DNA of 64,000 nucleotides from Auanema rhodensis (lineage: Eukaryota > Animalia > Nematoda). The stretch covers positions 8,370,001 through 8,434,000 of the forward strand of contig OZ059894.1 in NCBI GenBank assembly GCA_964057225.1, in the 5' to 3' direction. A model generated the notes under the pieces. The model was not told where the DNA came from. It saw only the letters and a program-made list of their open reading frames with translations, and did not search any database. Below are positions 1 to 14,209 of the stretch, one piece after another (positions within the stretch are counted from its first letter, which is position 1; the number at the start of each line of letters is the position of its first letter). The translations under genes were made by a program, and so were the position numbers.

Positions 1-43
1 TTAATTTTGCTTAATTTGAAGCTTAATTGGAACTGTGGAAACC

Positions 44-48
44 AAAAA
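44..48 (-). terminator. Pol III oligo-T terminator (T4-T5, repeated in each unit)
   Basis: TTTTT lies 5 nt downstream of the discriminator base on the minus strand. Confidence 0.8.
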
Positions 49-53
49 TATTT

Positions 54-70
54 CGCTCCCGGGTGGGCTC

Positions 71-106
<36 letters not shown>

Positions 107-126
107 GCCTATTGCGCCACGGAAGC
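54..126 (-). tRNA. tRNA-Asn: tRNA-Asn(GTT), first copy, representative of the array
   Basis: Reverse complement is GCTTCCGTGGCGCAATAGGCAGCGCGTTCGGCTGTTAACCGAAAGGTTGGTGGTTCGAGCCCACCCGGGAGCG. It has a 7-bp acceptor stem, anticodon stem TTCGG/CCGAA, loop CT-GTT-AA, A box TGGCGCAATAGG and B box GGTTCGAGCC. Confidence 0.98.
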
Positions 127-329
127 ACATATACTCAATAATCTAGACTTGTGAAGTTTCTACTTCTGTTTTAAATCAGTCAATAATCCATATTTTCTGA
201 TGTTCTGGTATATCTTATCCAATCCTTCTAGAAAATTTATGAATGAGATCGTAAGTAGATGAATTAAAATTTTAATTTTGCTTAATTGGAACTGTGGAAA
301 CCAAAAATATTTCGCTCCCGGGTGGGCTC

Positions 330-365
<36 letters not shown>

Positions 366-600
366 GCCTATTGCGCCACGGAAGCACATATACTCAACAA
401 TCTAGACTTGTGAAGTTTCTACTTCTGTTTTAGATCAGTCAATGATCCATATTTTCTGATGTTCTGGTCTATCTTATCCAATCTTTCTAGAAAATTTATG
501 AATGAGATCGTAAGTAGATGAATTAAAATTTCAATTTTGCTCAATTTGAAGCTTAATTTGAACTGTGGAAATCAAAAATGTTTCGCTCCCGGGTGGGCTC

Positions 601-636
<36 letters not shown>

Positions 637-871
637 GCCTATTGCGCCACGGAAGCACATATACTCAACAATCTAGACTTGTGAAGTTCCTACTTCTGTT
701 TTAGATCAGTCGATGATCCATATTTTCTGATGTTCTGGTCTATTTTATCCAATCCTTCTAGAAAATTTATGAATGAGATCGTAAGTAGAGGAATTAAAAT
801 TTTAATTTTGCTCAATTTGAAGCTTAATTTGAACTGTGGAAATCAAAAATGTTTCGCTCCCGGGTGGGCTC

Positions 872-907
<36 letters not shown>

Positions 908-1130
908 GCCTATTGCGCCACGGAAGCACATATACTCAACAATCTAGACTTGTGAAGTTTCTACTTCTGTTTTAGATCAGTCAATGATCCATATTTTCTG
1001 ATGTTCTGGTCTATCTTATCCAATCCTTCTAGAAAATTTATGAATGAGATCGTAAGTAGATGAATTAAAATTTTAATTTTGCTTAATTGGAACTGTGGAA
1101 ACCAAAAATATTTCGCTCCCGCGTGGGCTC

Positions 1131-1166
<36 letters not shown>

Positions 1167-1401
1167 GCCTATTGCGCCACGGAAGCACATATACTCAACA
1201 ATCTAGACTTGTGAAGTTTCTACTTCTGTTTTAGATCAGTCAATGATCCATATTTTCTGATGTTCTGGTCTATCTTATCAAATCTTTCTAGAAAATTTAT
1301 GAATGAGATCGTAAGTAGATGAATTAAAATTTCAATTTTGCTCAATTTGAAGCTTAATTTGAACTGTGGAAATCAAAAATGTTTCGCTCCCGGGTGGGCT
1401 C

Positions 1402-1437
<36 letters not shown>

Positions 1438-1660
1438 GCCTATTGCGCCACGGAAGCACATATACTCAATAATCTAGACTTGTGAAGTTTCTACTTCTGT
1501 TTTAGATCAGTCAATGATCCATATTTTCTGATGTTCTGGTATATCTTATCCAATCCTTCTAGAAAATTTATGAATGAGATCGTAAGTAGATGAATTAAAA
1601 TTTTAATTTTGCTTAATTGGAACTGTGGAAACCAAAAATATTTCGCTCCCGGGTGGGGTC

Positions 1661-1696
<36 letters not shown>

Positions 1697-1931
1697 GCCT
1701 ATTGCGCCACGGAAGCACATATACTCAACAATCTAGACTTGTGAAGTTTCTACTTCTGTTTTAGATCAGTCAATGATCCATATTTTCTGATGTTCTGGTC
1801 TATCTTATCCAATCTTTCTAGAAAATTTATGAATGAGATCGTAAGTAGATGAATTAAAATTTCAATTTTGCTCAATTTGAAGCTTAATTTGAACTGTGGA
1901 AATCAAAAATGTTTCGCTCCCGGGTGGGCTC

Positions 1932-1967
<36 letters not shown>

Positions 1968-2202
1968 GCCTATTGCGCCACGGAAGCACATATACTCAAC
2001 AATCTAGACTTGTGAAGTTCCTACTTCTGTTTTAGATCAGTCGATGATCCATATTTTCTGATGTTCTGGTCTATTTTATCCAATCCTTCTAGAAAATTTA
2101 TGAATGAGATCGTAAGTAGAGGAATTAAAATTTTAATTTTGCTCAATTTGAAGCTTAATTTGAACTGTGGAAATCAAAAATGTTTCGCTCCCGGGTGGGC
2201 TC

Positions 2203-2238
<36 letters not shown>

Positions 2239-2461
2239 GCCTATTGCGCCACGGAAGCACATATACTCAACAATCTAGACTTGTGAAGTTTCTACTTCTG
2301 TTTTAGATCAGTCAATGATCCATATTTTCTGATGTTCTGGTCTATCTTATCCAATCCTTCTAGAAAATTTATGAATGAGATCGTAAGTAGATGAATTAAA
2401 ATTTTAATTTTGCTTAATTGGAACTGTGGAAACCAAAAATATTTCGCTCCCGCGTGGGCTC

Positions 2462-2497
<36 letters not shown>

Positions 2498-2732
2498 GCC
2501 TATTGCGCCACGGAAGCACATATACTCAACAATCTAGACTTGTGAAGTTTCTACTTCTGTTTTAGATCAGTCAATGATCCATATTTTCTGATGTTCTGGT
2601 CTATCTTATCAAATCTTTCTAGAAAATTTATGAATGAGATCGTAAGTAGATGAATTAAAATTTCAATTTTGCTCAATTTGAAGCTTAATTTGAACTGTGG
2701 AAATCAAAAATGTTTCGCTCCCGGGTGGGCTC

Positions 2733-2768
<36 letters not shown>

Positions 2769-2991
2769 GCCTATTGCGCCACGGAAGCACATATACTCAA
2801 CAATCTAGACTTGTGAAGTTTCTACTTCTGTTTTAGATCAGTCAATGATCCATATTTTCTGATGTTCTGGTCTATCTTATCCAATCCTTCTAGAAAATTT
2901 ATGAATGAGATCGTAAGTAGATGAATTAAAATTTTAATTTTGCTCAATTTGAACTGTGGAAACGAAAAATATTTCGCTCCCGGGTGGGCTC

Positions 2992-3027
<36 letters not shown>

Positions 3028-3262
3028 GCCTATTGCGCCACGGAAGCACATATACTCAATAATCTAGACTTGTGAAGTTTCTACTTCTGTTTTAAATTAG
3101 TCAATAATCCATATTTTCTGATGTTCTGGTCTATCTTATCCAATCCTTCTAGAGAATTTATGAATGAGATCGTAAGTAGATGAATCAAAATTTTAATTTT
3201 GCTTAATTTGAAGCTTAATTGGAACTGTGGAAACCAAAAATATTTCGCTCCCGGGTGGGCTC

Positions 3263-3298
<36 letters not shown>

Positions 3299-3521
3299 GC
3301 CTATTGCGCCACGGAAGCACATATACTCAATAATCTAGACTTGTGAAGTTTCTACTTCTGTTTTAAATCAGTCAATAATCCATATTTTCTGATGTTCTGG
3401 TATATCTTATCCAATCCTTCTAGAAAATTTATGAATGAGATCGTAAGTAGATGAATTAAAATTTTAATTTTGCTTAATTGGAACTGTGGAAACCAAAAAT
3501 ATTTCGCTCCCGGGTGGGCTC

Positions 3522-3557
<36 letters not shown>

Positions 3558-3792
3558 GCCTATTGCGCCACGGAAGCACATATACTCAACAATCTAGACT
3601 TGTGAAGTTTCTACTTCTGTTTTAGATCAGTCAATGATCCATATTTTCTGATGTTCTGGTCTATCTTATCCAATCTTTCTAGAAAATTTATGAATGAGAT
3701 CGTAAGTAGATGAATTAAAATTTCAATTTTGCTCAATTTGAAGCTTAATTTGAACTGTGGAAATCAAAAATGTTTCGCTCCCGGGTGGGCTC

Positions 3793-3828
<36 letters not shown>

Positions 3829-4063
3829 GCCTATTGCGCCACGGAAGCACATATACTCAACAATCTAGACTTGTGAAGTTCCTACTTCTGTTTTAGATCA
3901 GTCGATGATCCATATTTTCTGATGTTCTGGTCTATTTTATCCAATCCTTCTAGAAAATTTATGAATGAGATCGTAAGTAGAGGAATTAAAATTTTAATTT
4001 TGCTCAATTTGAAGCTTAATTTGAACTGTGGAAATCAAAAATGTTTCGCTCCCGGGTGGGCTC

Positions 4064-4099
<36 letters not shown>

Positions 4100-4322
4100 G
4101 CCTATTGCGCCACGGAAGCACATATACTCAACAATCTAGACTTGTGAAGTTTCTACTTCTGTTTTAGATCAGTCAATGATCCATATTTTCTGATGTTCTG
4201 GTCTATCTTATCCAATCCTTCTAGAAAATTTATGAATGAGATCGTAAGTAGATGAATTAAAATTTTAATTTTGCTTAATTGGAACTGTGGAAACCAAAAA
4301 TATTTCGCTCCCGCGTGGGCTC

Positions 4323-4358
<36 letters not shown>

Positions 4359-4593
4359 GCCTATTGCGCCACGGAAGCACATATACTCAACAATCTAGAC
4401 TTGTGAAGTTTCTACTTCTGTTTTAGATCAGTCAATGATCCATATTTTCTGATGTTCTGGTCTATCTTATCAAATCTTTCTAGAAAATTTATGAATGAGA
4501 TCGTAAGTAGATGAATTAAAATTTCAATTTTGCTCAATTTGAAGCTTAATTTGAACTGTGGAAATCAAAAATGTTTCGCTCCCGGGTGGGCTC

Positions 4594-4629
<36 letters not shown>

Positions 4630-4864
4630 GCCTATTGCGCCACGGAAGCACATATACTCAACAATCTAGACTTGTGAAGGTTCTACTTCTGTTTTAGATC
4701 AGTCAATGATCCATATTTTCTGATGTTCTGGTCTATCTTATCCAATCCTTCTAGAAAATTTATGAATGAGATCGTGAGTAGATGAATCAAAATTTTAATT
4801 TTGCTTGATTTGAAGCTTAATGGGAACTGTGGAAACCAAAAATATTTCGCTCCCGGGTGGGCTC

Positions 4865-4900
<36 letters not shown>

Positions 4901-5135
4901 GCCTATTGCGCCACGGAAGCACATATACTCAACAATCTAGACTTGTGAAGGTTCTACTTCTGTTTTAGATCAGTCAATGATCCATATTTTCTGATGTTCT
5001 GGTCTATCTTATCCAATCCTTCTAGAAAATTTATGAATGAGATCGTGAGTAGATAAATCAAAATTTTAATTTTGCTTGATTTGAAGCTTAATTGGAACTG
5101 TGGAAACCGAAAATATTTCGCTCCCGGGTGGGCTC

Positions 5136-5171
<36 letters not shown>

Positions 5172-5677
5172 GCCTATTGCGCCACGGAAGCACATATACT
5201 CAACAATCTAGACTTGTGAAGTTTCTACTTCTGTTTTAGATCAGTCAATGATCCATATTTTCTGATGTTCTGGTCTATCTTATCCAATCCTTCTAGAAAA
5301 TTTATGAATGAGATCGTAAGTAGAGGAATTAAAATTTTAATTTTGCTCAATTTGAAGCTTAATTTGAACTGTGGAAATCAAAAATGTTTCGCTCCCGGGT
5401 GGGCTCGAACCACGAACCTTTCGGTTAACAGCCGAACGCGCTGCCTATTGCGCCACGGAAGCACATATACTCAACAATCTAGACTTGTGAAGGTTCTACT
5501 TCTGTTTTAGATCAGTCAATGATCCATATTTTCTGATGTTCTGGTCTATCTTATCCAATCCTTCTAGAAAATTTATGAATGAGATCGTGAGTAGATGAAT
5601 CAAAATTTTAATTTTGCTTGATTTGAAGCTTAATGGGAACTGTGGAAACCAAAAATATTTCGCTCCCGGGTGGGCTC

Positions 5678-5713
<36 letters not shown>

Positions 5714-5948
5714 GCCTATTGCGCCACGGAAGCACATATACTCAACAATCTAGACTTGTGAAGGTTCTACTTCTGTTTTAGATCAGTCAATGATCCATAT
5801 TTTCTGATGTTCTGGTCTATCTTATCCAATCCTTCTAGAAAATTTATGAATGAGATCGTGAGTAGATAAATCAAAATTTTAATTTTGCTTGATTTGAAGC
5901 TTAATTGGAACTGTGGAAACCGAAAATATTTCGCTCCCGGGTGGGCTC

Positions 5949-5984
<36 letters not shown>

Positions 5985-6478
5985 GCCTATTGCGCCACGG
6001 AAGCACATATACTCAACAATCTAGACTTGTGAAGTTTCTACTTCTGTTTTAGATCAGTCAATGATCCATATTTTCTGATGTTCTGGTCTATCTTATCCAA
6101 TCCTTCTAGAAAATTTATGAATGAGATCGTAAGTAGAGGAATTAAAATTTTAATTTTGCTCAATTTGAAGCTTAATTTGAACTGTGGAAATCAAAAATGT
6201 TTCGCTCCCGGGTGGGCTCGAACCACGAACCTTTCGGTTAACAGCCGAACGCGCTGCCTATTGCGCCACGGAAGCACATATACTCAACAATCTAGACTTG
6301 TGAAGTTTCTACTTCTGTTTTAGATCAGTCAATGATCCATATTTTCTGATGTTCTGGTCTATCTTATCCAATCCTTCTAGAAAATTTATGAATGAGATCG
6401 TAAGTAGATGAATTAATATTTTAATTTTGCTTAATTGGAACTGTGGAAACCAAAAATACTTCGCTCCCGGGTGGGCTC

Positions 6479-6513
<35 letters not shown>

Positions 6514-7008
6514 AGCCTATTGCGCCACGGAAGCACATATACTCAACAATCTAGACTTGTGAAGTTTCTACTTCTGTTTTAGATCAGTCAATGATCCATA
6601 TTTTCTGATGTTCTGGTCTATCTTATCCAATCTTTCTAGAAAATTTATGAATGAGATCGTAAGTAGATGAATTAAAATTTCAATTTTGCTCAATTTGAAG
6701 CTTAATTTGAACTGTGGAAATCAAAAATGTTTCGCTCCCGGGTGGGCTCGAACCACGAACCTTTCGGTTAACAGCCGAACGCGCTGCCTATTGCGCCACG
6801 GAAGCACATATACTCAACAATCTAGACTTGTGAAGTTTCTACTTCTGTTTTAGATCAGTCGATGATCCATATTTTCTGATGTTCTGGTCTATCTTATCCA
6901 ATCCTTCTAGAAAATTTATGAATGAGATCGTAAGTAGATGAATTAATATTTTAATTTTGCTTAATTGGAACTGTGGAAACCAAAAATACTTCGCTCCCGG
7001 GTGGGCTC

Positions 7009-7043
<35 letters not shown>

Positions 7044-7279
7044 AGCCTATTGCGCCACGGAAGCACATATACTCAACAATCTAGACTTGTGAAGTTTCTA
7101 CTTCTGTTTTAGATCAGTCAATGATCCATATTTTCTGATGTTCTGGTCTATCTTATCCAATCTTTCTAGAAAATTTATGAATGAGATCGTAAGTAGATGA
7201 ATTAAAATTTCAATTTTGCTTAATTTGAAGCTTAATTTGAACTGTGGAAATCAAAAATGTTTCGCTCCCGGGTGGGCTC

Positions 7280-7315
<36 letters not shown>

Positions 7316-7538
7316 GCCTATTGCGCCACGGAAGCACATATACTCAACAATCTAGACTTGTGAAGTTTCTACTTCTGTTTTAGATCAGTCAATAATCCAT
7401 GTTTTCTGATGTTCTGGTCTATCTTATCCAATCCTTCTAGAAAATTTATGAATGAGATCGTAAGTAGATGAATTAAAATTTTAATTTGGCTTAATTTGAA
7501 CTGTGGAAACGAAAAATATTTCGCTCCCGGGTGGGCTC

Positions 7539-7574
<36 letters not shown>

Positions 7575-7809
7575 GCCTATTGCGCCACGGAAGCACATAT
7601 ACTCAACAATCTAGACTTGTGAAGGTTCTACTTCTGTTTTAGATCAGTCAATGATCCATATTTTCTGATGTTCTGGTCTTTCTTATCCAATCCTTCTAGA
7701 GAATTTATGAATGAGATCGTGAGTAGATGAATAAAAATTTTAATTTTGCTTGATTTGAAGCTTAATTTGAACTGTGGAAACCAAAAATATTTCGCTCCCG
7801 GGTGGGCTC

Positions 7810-7845
<36 letters not shown>

Positions 7846-8080
7846 GCCTATTGCGCCACGGAAGCACATATACTCAACAATCTAGACTTGTGAAGTTTCT
7901 ACTTCTGTTTTAGATCAGTCAATGATCCATATTTTCTGATGTTCTGGTCTATCTTATCCAATCCTTCTAGAGAATTTATGAATGAGATCGTAAGTAGATG
8001 AATTAAAATTTTAATTTTGCTCAATTTGAAGCTTAATTTGAACTGTGGAAACCAAAAATATTTCGCTCCCGGGTGGGCTC

Positions 8081-8116
<36 letters not shown>

Positions 8117-8610
8117 GCCTATTGCGCCACGGAAGCACATATACTCAACAATCTAGACTTGTGAAGTTTCTACTTCTGTTTTAGATCAGTCAATGATCCA
8201 TATTTTCTGATGTTCTGGTCTATCTTATCCAATCCTTCTAGAAAATTTATGAATGAGATCGTAAGTAGATGAATTAAAATTTTAATTTCGCTTAATTGGA
8301 ACTGTGGAAACCAAAAATATTTCGCTCCCGGGTGGGCTCGAACCGCCAACCTTTCGGTTAACAGCCGAACGCGCTGCCTATTGCGCCACGGAAGCACATA
8401 TACTCAACAATCTAGACTTGTGAAGTTTCTACTTCTGTTTTAGATCAGTCAATGATCCATATTTTCTGATGTTCTGGTCTATCTTATCCAATCCTTCTAG
8501 AAAATTTATGAATGAGATCGTAAGTAGATGAATTAAAATTTCAATTTTGCTCAATTTGAAGCTTAATTTGAACTGTGGAAATCAAAAATGTTTCGCTCCC
8601 GGGTGGGCTC

Positions 8611-8646
<36 letters not shown>

Positions 8647-8881
8647 GCCTATTGCGCCACGGAAGCACATATACTCAACAATCTAGACTTGTGAAGGTTC
8701 TACTTCTGTTTTAGATCAGTCAATGATCCATATTTTCTGATGTTCTGGTCTATCTTATCCAATCCTTCTAGAAAATTTATGAATGAGATCGTGAGTAGAT
8801 GAATCAAAATTTTAATTTTGCTTGATTTGAAGCTTAATTGGAACTGTGGAAACCAAAAATATTTCGCTCCCGGGTGGGCTC

Positions 8882-8917
<36 letters not shown>

Positions 8918-9152
8918 GCCTATTGCGCCACGGAAGCACATATACTCAACAATCTAGACTTGTGAAGTTTCTACTTCTGTTTTAGATCAGTCGATGATCC
9001 ATATTTTCTGATGTTCTGGTCTATTTTATCCAATCCTTCTAGAAAATTTATGAATGAGATCGTAAGTAGAGGAATTAAAATTTTAATTTTGCTCAATTTG
9101 AAGCTTAATTTGAACTGTGGAAATCAAAAATATTTCGCTCCCGGGTGGGCTC

Positions 9153-9188
<36 letters not shown>

Positions 9189-9423
9189 GCCTATTGCGCC
9201 ACGGAAGCACATATACTCAACAATCTAGACTTGTGAAGTTTCTACTTCTGTTTTAGATCAGTCAATGATCCATATTTTCTGATGTTCTGGTCTATCTTAT
9301 CCAATCCTTCTAGAGAATTTATGAATGAGATCGTAAGTAGATGAATTAAAATTTTAATTTTGCTCAATTTGAAGCTTAATTTGAACTGTGGAAACCAAAA
9401 ATATTTCGCTCCCGGGTGGGCTC

Positions 9424-9459
<36 letters not shown>

Positions 9460-9694
9460 GCCTATTGCGCCACGGAAGCACATATACTCAACAATCTAGA
9501 CTTGTGAAGTTTCTACTTCTGTTTTAGATCAGTCAATGATCCATATTTTCTGATGTTCTGGTCTTTCTTATCCAATCCTTCTAGAGAATTTATGAATGAG
9601 ATCGTAAGTAGATGAATTAAAATTTTAATTTTGCTCAATTTGAAGCTTAATTTGAACTGTGGAAACCAAAAATATTTCGCTCCCGGGTGGGCTC

Positions 9695-9730
<36 letters not shown>

Positions 9731-10224
9731 GCCTATTGCGCCACGGAAGCACATATACTCAACAATCTAGACTTGTGAAGTTTCTACTTCTGTTTTAGAT
9801 CAGTCAATGATCCATATTTTCTGATGTTCTGGTCTATCTTATCCAATCCTTCTAGAAAATTTATGAATGAGATCGTAAGTAGATGAATTAAAATTTTAAT
9901 TTCGCTTAATTGGAACTGTGGAAACCAAAAATATTTCGCTCCCGGGTGGGCTCGAACCGCCAACCTTTCGGTTAACAGCCGAACGCGCTGCCTATTGCGC
10001 CACGGAAGCACATATACTCAACAATCTAGACTTGTGAAGTTTCTACTTCTGTTTTAGATCAGTCAATGATCCATATTTTCTGATGTTCTGGTCTATCTTA
10101 TCCAATCCTTCTAGAAAATTTATGAATGAGATCGTAAGTAGATGAATTAAAATTTCAATTTTGCTCAATTTGAAGCTTAATTTGAACTGTGGAAATCAAA
10201 AATGTTTCGCTCCCGGGTGGGCTC

Positions 10225-10260
<36 letters not shown>

Positions 10261-10495
10261 GCCTATTGCGCCACGGAAGCACATATACTCAACAATCTAG
10301 ACTTGTGAAGGTTCTACTTCTGTTTTAGATCAGTCAATGATCCATATTTTCTGATGTTCTGGTCTATCTTATCCAATCCTTCTAGAAAATTTATGAATGA
10401 GATCGTGAGTAGATGAATCAAAATTTTAATTTTGCTTGATTTGAAGCTTAATTGGAACTGTGGAAACCAAAAATATTTCGCTCCCGGGTGGGCTC

Positions 10496-10531
<36 letters not shown>

Positions 10532-10766
10532 GCCTATTGCGCCACGGAAGCACATATACTCAACAATCTAGACTTGTGAAGTTTCTACTTCTGTTTTAGA
10601 TCAGTCGATGATCCATATTTTCTGATGTTCTGGTCTATTTTATCCAATCCTTCTAGAAAATTTATGAATGAGATCGTAAGTAGAGGAATTAAAATTTTAA
10701 TTTTGCTCAATTTGAAGCTTAATTTGAACTGTGGAAATCAAAAATATTTCGCTCCCGGGTGGGCTC

Positions 10767-10802
<36 letters not shown>

Positions 10803-11037
10803 GCCTATTGCGCCACGGAAGCACATATACTCAACAATCTAGACTTGTGAAGTTTCTACTTCTGTTTTAGATCAGTCAATGATCCATATTTTCTGATGTT
10901 CTGGTCTATCTTATCCAATCTTTCTAGAAAATTTATGAATGAGATCGTAAGTAGATGAATTAAAATTTCAATTTTGCTCAATTTGAAGCTTAATTTGAAC
11001 TGTGGAAATCAAAAATGTTTCGCTCCCGGGTGGGCTC

Positions 11038-11073
<36 letters not shown>

Positions 11074-11296
11074 GCCTATTGCGCCACGGAAGCACATATA
11101 CTCAACAATCTAGACTTGTGAAGTTTCTACTTCTGTTTTAGATCAGTCAATGATCCATGTTTTCTGATGTTCTGGTCTATCTTATCCAATCCTTCTAGAA
11201 AATTTATGAATGAGATCGTAAGTAGATGAATTAAAATTTTAATTTTGCTTAATTTGAACTGTGGAAACGAAAAATATTTCGCTCCCGGGTGGGCTC

Positions 11297-11332
<36 letters not shown>

Positions 11333-11567
11333 GCCTATTGCGCCACGGAAGCACATATACTCAACAATCTAGACTTGTGATGGTTCTACTTCTGTTTTAG
11401 ATCAGTCAATGATCCATATTTTCTGATGTTCTGGTCTATCTTATCCAATCCTTCTAGAAAATTTATGAATGAGATCGTGAGTAGATGAATAAAAATTTTA
11501 ATTTTGCTTGATTTGAAGCTTAATTTGAACTGTGGAAACCAAAAATATTTCGCTCCCGGGTGGGCTC

Positions 11568-11603
<36 letters not shown>

Positions 11604-11838
11604 GCCTATTGCGCCACGGAAGCACATATACTCAACAATCTAGACTTGTGAAGGTTCTACTTCTGTTTTAGATCAGTCAATGATCCATATTTTCTGATGT
11701 TCTGGTCTATCTTATCCAATCCTTCTAGAGAATTTATGAATGAGATCGTAAGTAGATGAAATAAAGTTTTAATTTTGCTCAATTTGAAGCTTAATTTGAA
11801 CTGTGGAAACCAAAAATGTTTCGCTCCCGGGTGGGCTC

Positions 11839-11874
<36 letters not shown>

Positions 11875-12109
11875 GCCTATTGCGCCACGGAAGCACATAT
11901 ACTCAATAATCTAGACTTGTGAAGTTTCTACTTCTGTTTTAGATCAGTCAATGATCCGTATTTTCCCATGTTCTGCTCTTTCTTATCCAATCCTTCTAGA
12001 GAATTTATGAATGAGATCGTAAGTAGATGAATCAAAATTTTAATTTTGCTTAATTTGAAGCTTAATTGGAACTGCGGAAACCAAAAATATTTCGCTCCCG
12101 GGTGTGCTC

Positions 12110-12145
<36 letters not shown>

Positions 12146-12651
12146 GCCTATTGCGCCACGGAAGCACATATACTGAACGATCTAGACTTGTGAAGTTTCT
12201 ACTTCTGTTTTAGATCAGTCAATGATCCATATTTTCTGATGTTCTGGTCTATCTTATCCAATCCTTCTAGAAAATTTATGAATGAGATCGTAAGTAGATG
12301 AATTAAAATTTTAATTTTGCTCAATTTGAAGCTTAATTTGAACTGTGGAAATCAAAAATGTTTCGCTCCCGGGTGGGCTCGAACCACCAACCTTTCGGTT
12401 AACAGCTGAACGCGCTGCCTATTGCGCCACGGAAGCACATATACTCAATAATCTAGACTTGTGAAGTTTCTACTTCTGTTTTAAATCAGTCAATAATCCA
12501 TATTTTCTGATGTTCTGGTCTATCTTATCCAATCCTTCTAGAGAATTTATGAATGAGATCGTAAGTAGATGAATCAAAATTTTAATTTTGCTTAATTTGA
12601 AGCTTAATTGGAACTGTGGAAACGAAAAATATTTCGCTCCCGGGTGGGCTC

Positions 12652-12687
<36 letters not shown>

Positions 12688-12922
12688 GCCTATTGCGCCA
12701 CGGAAGCACATATACTCAATAATCTAGACTTGTGAAGTTTCTACTTCTGTTTTAAATCAGTCAATAATCCATATTTTCTGATGTTCTGGTCTATCTTATC
12801 CAATCCTTCTAGAAAATTTATGAATGAGATCGTAAGTAGATGAATTAAAATTTTAATTTTGCTCAATTTGAAGCTTAATTTGAACTGTGGAAATCAAAAA
12901 TGTTTCGCTCCCGGGTGGGCTC

Positions 12923-12958
<36 letters not shown>

Positions 12959-13447
12959 GCCTATTGCGCCACGGAAGCACATATACTCAATAATCTAGAC
13001 TTGTGAAGTTTCTACTTCTGTTTTAAATCAGTCAATAATCCATATTTTCTGATGTTCTGGTCTATCTTATCCAATCCTTCTAGAGAATTTATGAATGAGA
13101 TCGTAAGTAGATGAATCAAAATTTTAATTTTGCTTAATTTGAAGCTTAATTGGAACTGTGGAAACCAAAAATATTTCGCTCCCGGGTGGCCTCGAACCAC
13201 CAACCTTTCGGATAACAGCCGAACGCGCTGCCTATTGCGCCACGGAAGCACATATACTCAACAATCTTGACTTGTGAAGTTTCTACTTCTGTTTTAGATC
13301 AGTCAATGATCCATATTTTCTGATGTTCTGGTCTATCTTATCCAATCCTTCTAGAAAATTTATGAATGAGATCGTAAGTAGATGAATTAAAATTTTAATT
13401 TTGCTCAATTTGAAGCTTAATTTGAACTGTGGAAATCAAAAATGTTT

Positions 13448-13520
13448 CGCTCACGGGTGGGCTCGAACCACCAACCTTTCGGATAACAGCCGAACGCGCT
13501 GCCTATTGCGCCACGGAAGC
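13448..13520 (-). tRNA. tRNA-Asn: tRNA-Asn(GTT) variant next to the provirus 3' LTR (G68T, A38T)
   Basis: Plus strand reads cgctcacggg and ggataacag instead of the consensus cgctcccggg and ggttaacag. Confidence 0.85.
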
Positions 13521-13578
13521 ACATATACTCAACAATCTTGACTTGTGAAGTTTCTACTTCTGTTTTAGATCAGTCAAT

Positions 13579-13923
13579 CGTTCCGTTATGCTCCTGCGTC
13601 GATAATATAAACCATTGTAGTTTATACTATGACGCGCATAGTATTCCTTGGTGTAGCGGTAAGGAATAAAGAGCATAAGGTCAATCATAAGATAAAAGAG
13701 AGAAGGATTTATTAGCATGAAACTACAACAATAATATACAAAGATAAAGATACAATACAATAAGATAAATATAAGTATAAAGACTAAACTACAAGCCGTC
13801 CATGAGCTTGCTAAGAGGCGAACTCCCGACCAAGGGAACGAGGGAAGGCGGAGCCATTCCTCGGTCCTCTGGTGGTCTGGCTCTAACCCTTCAGCTACAT
13901 ATATGGGGAGTCCGAATGGAACG
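13579..13923 (-). repeat. 3' LTR (345 bp)
   Basis: Direct repeat of 25309-25653 with no differences seen. Terminal inverted repeat CGTTCC...GGAACG. AATAAA on the minus strand at 13708-13713. Confidence 0.97.
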
Positions 13924-13925
13924 TG

Positions 13926-13934
13926 CCCTTTTTC
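13926..13934 (-). other. Polypurine tract GAAAAAGGG
   Basis: Purine run ending 2 nt (CA) before the 3' LTR on the sense strand. Confidence 0.7.
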
Positions 13935-14177
13935 AAAGATTTTTCGCGTCCGCGCGATATGAAGAGTTTTTAGTGTATATGTAGCTGAGTTTTAGAGTCT
14001 AGGAGTTTACAAATAAGTTTAAAAGTTTTAAAATCTACATGTAGAAAGATATATAAATAATTTTAATAGGTTTCTTTATGGTATTAAGATAGAATTTGAA
14101 TACAATAATAGGTTTTATGTTATTTTGTAACGGAGGATTAGAAAATAAATTTAGTCATTGTAGTACTGTAATAAAAA

Positions 14178-14209
<32 letters not shown>

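Larger units (their letters stand above)
1..13578 (-). repeat. Tandem tRNA-Asn(GTT) gene array, left arm: 51 copies in 259/271-bp units, continuing past the window start
   Basis: The 73-nt tRNA recurs with 5' ends (minus strand) at 126, 385, 656, 927, 1186, 1457 ... 12978, 13249, 13520. The two unit lengths differ by a 12-bp spacer indel. Confidence 0.97.

Noticed and set aside
13554-13984. ORFs across the LTRs (also 25251-25735) and 14356-14742
   Set aside because: Low-complexity, cross element boundaries, and have no coding signals.
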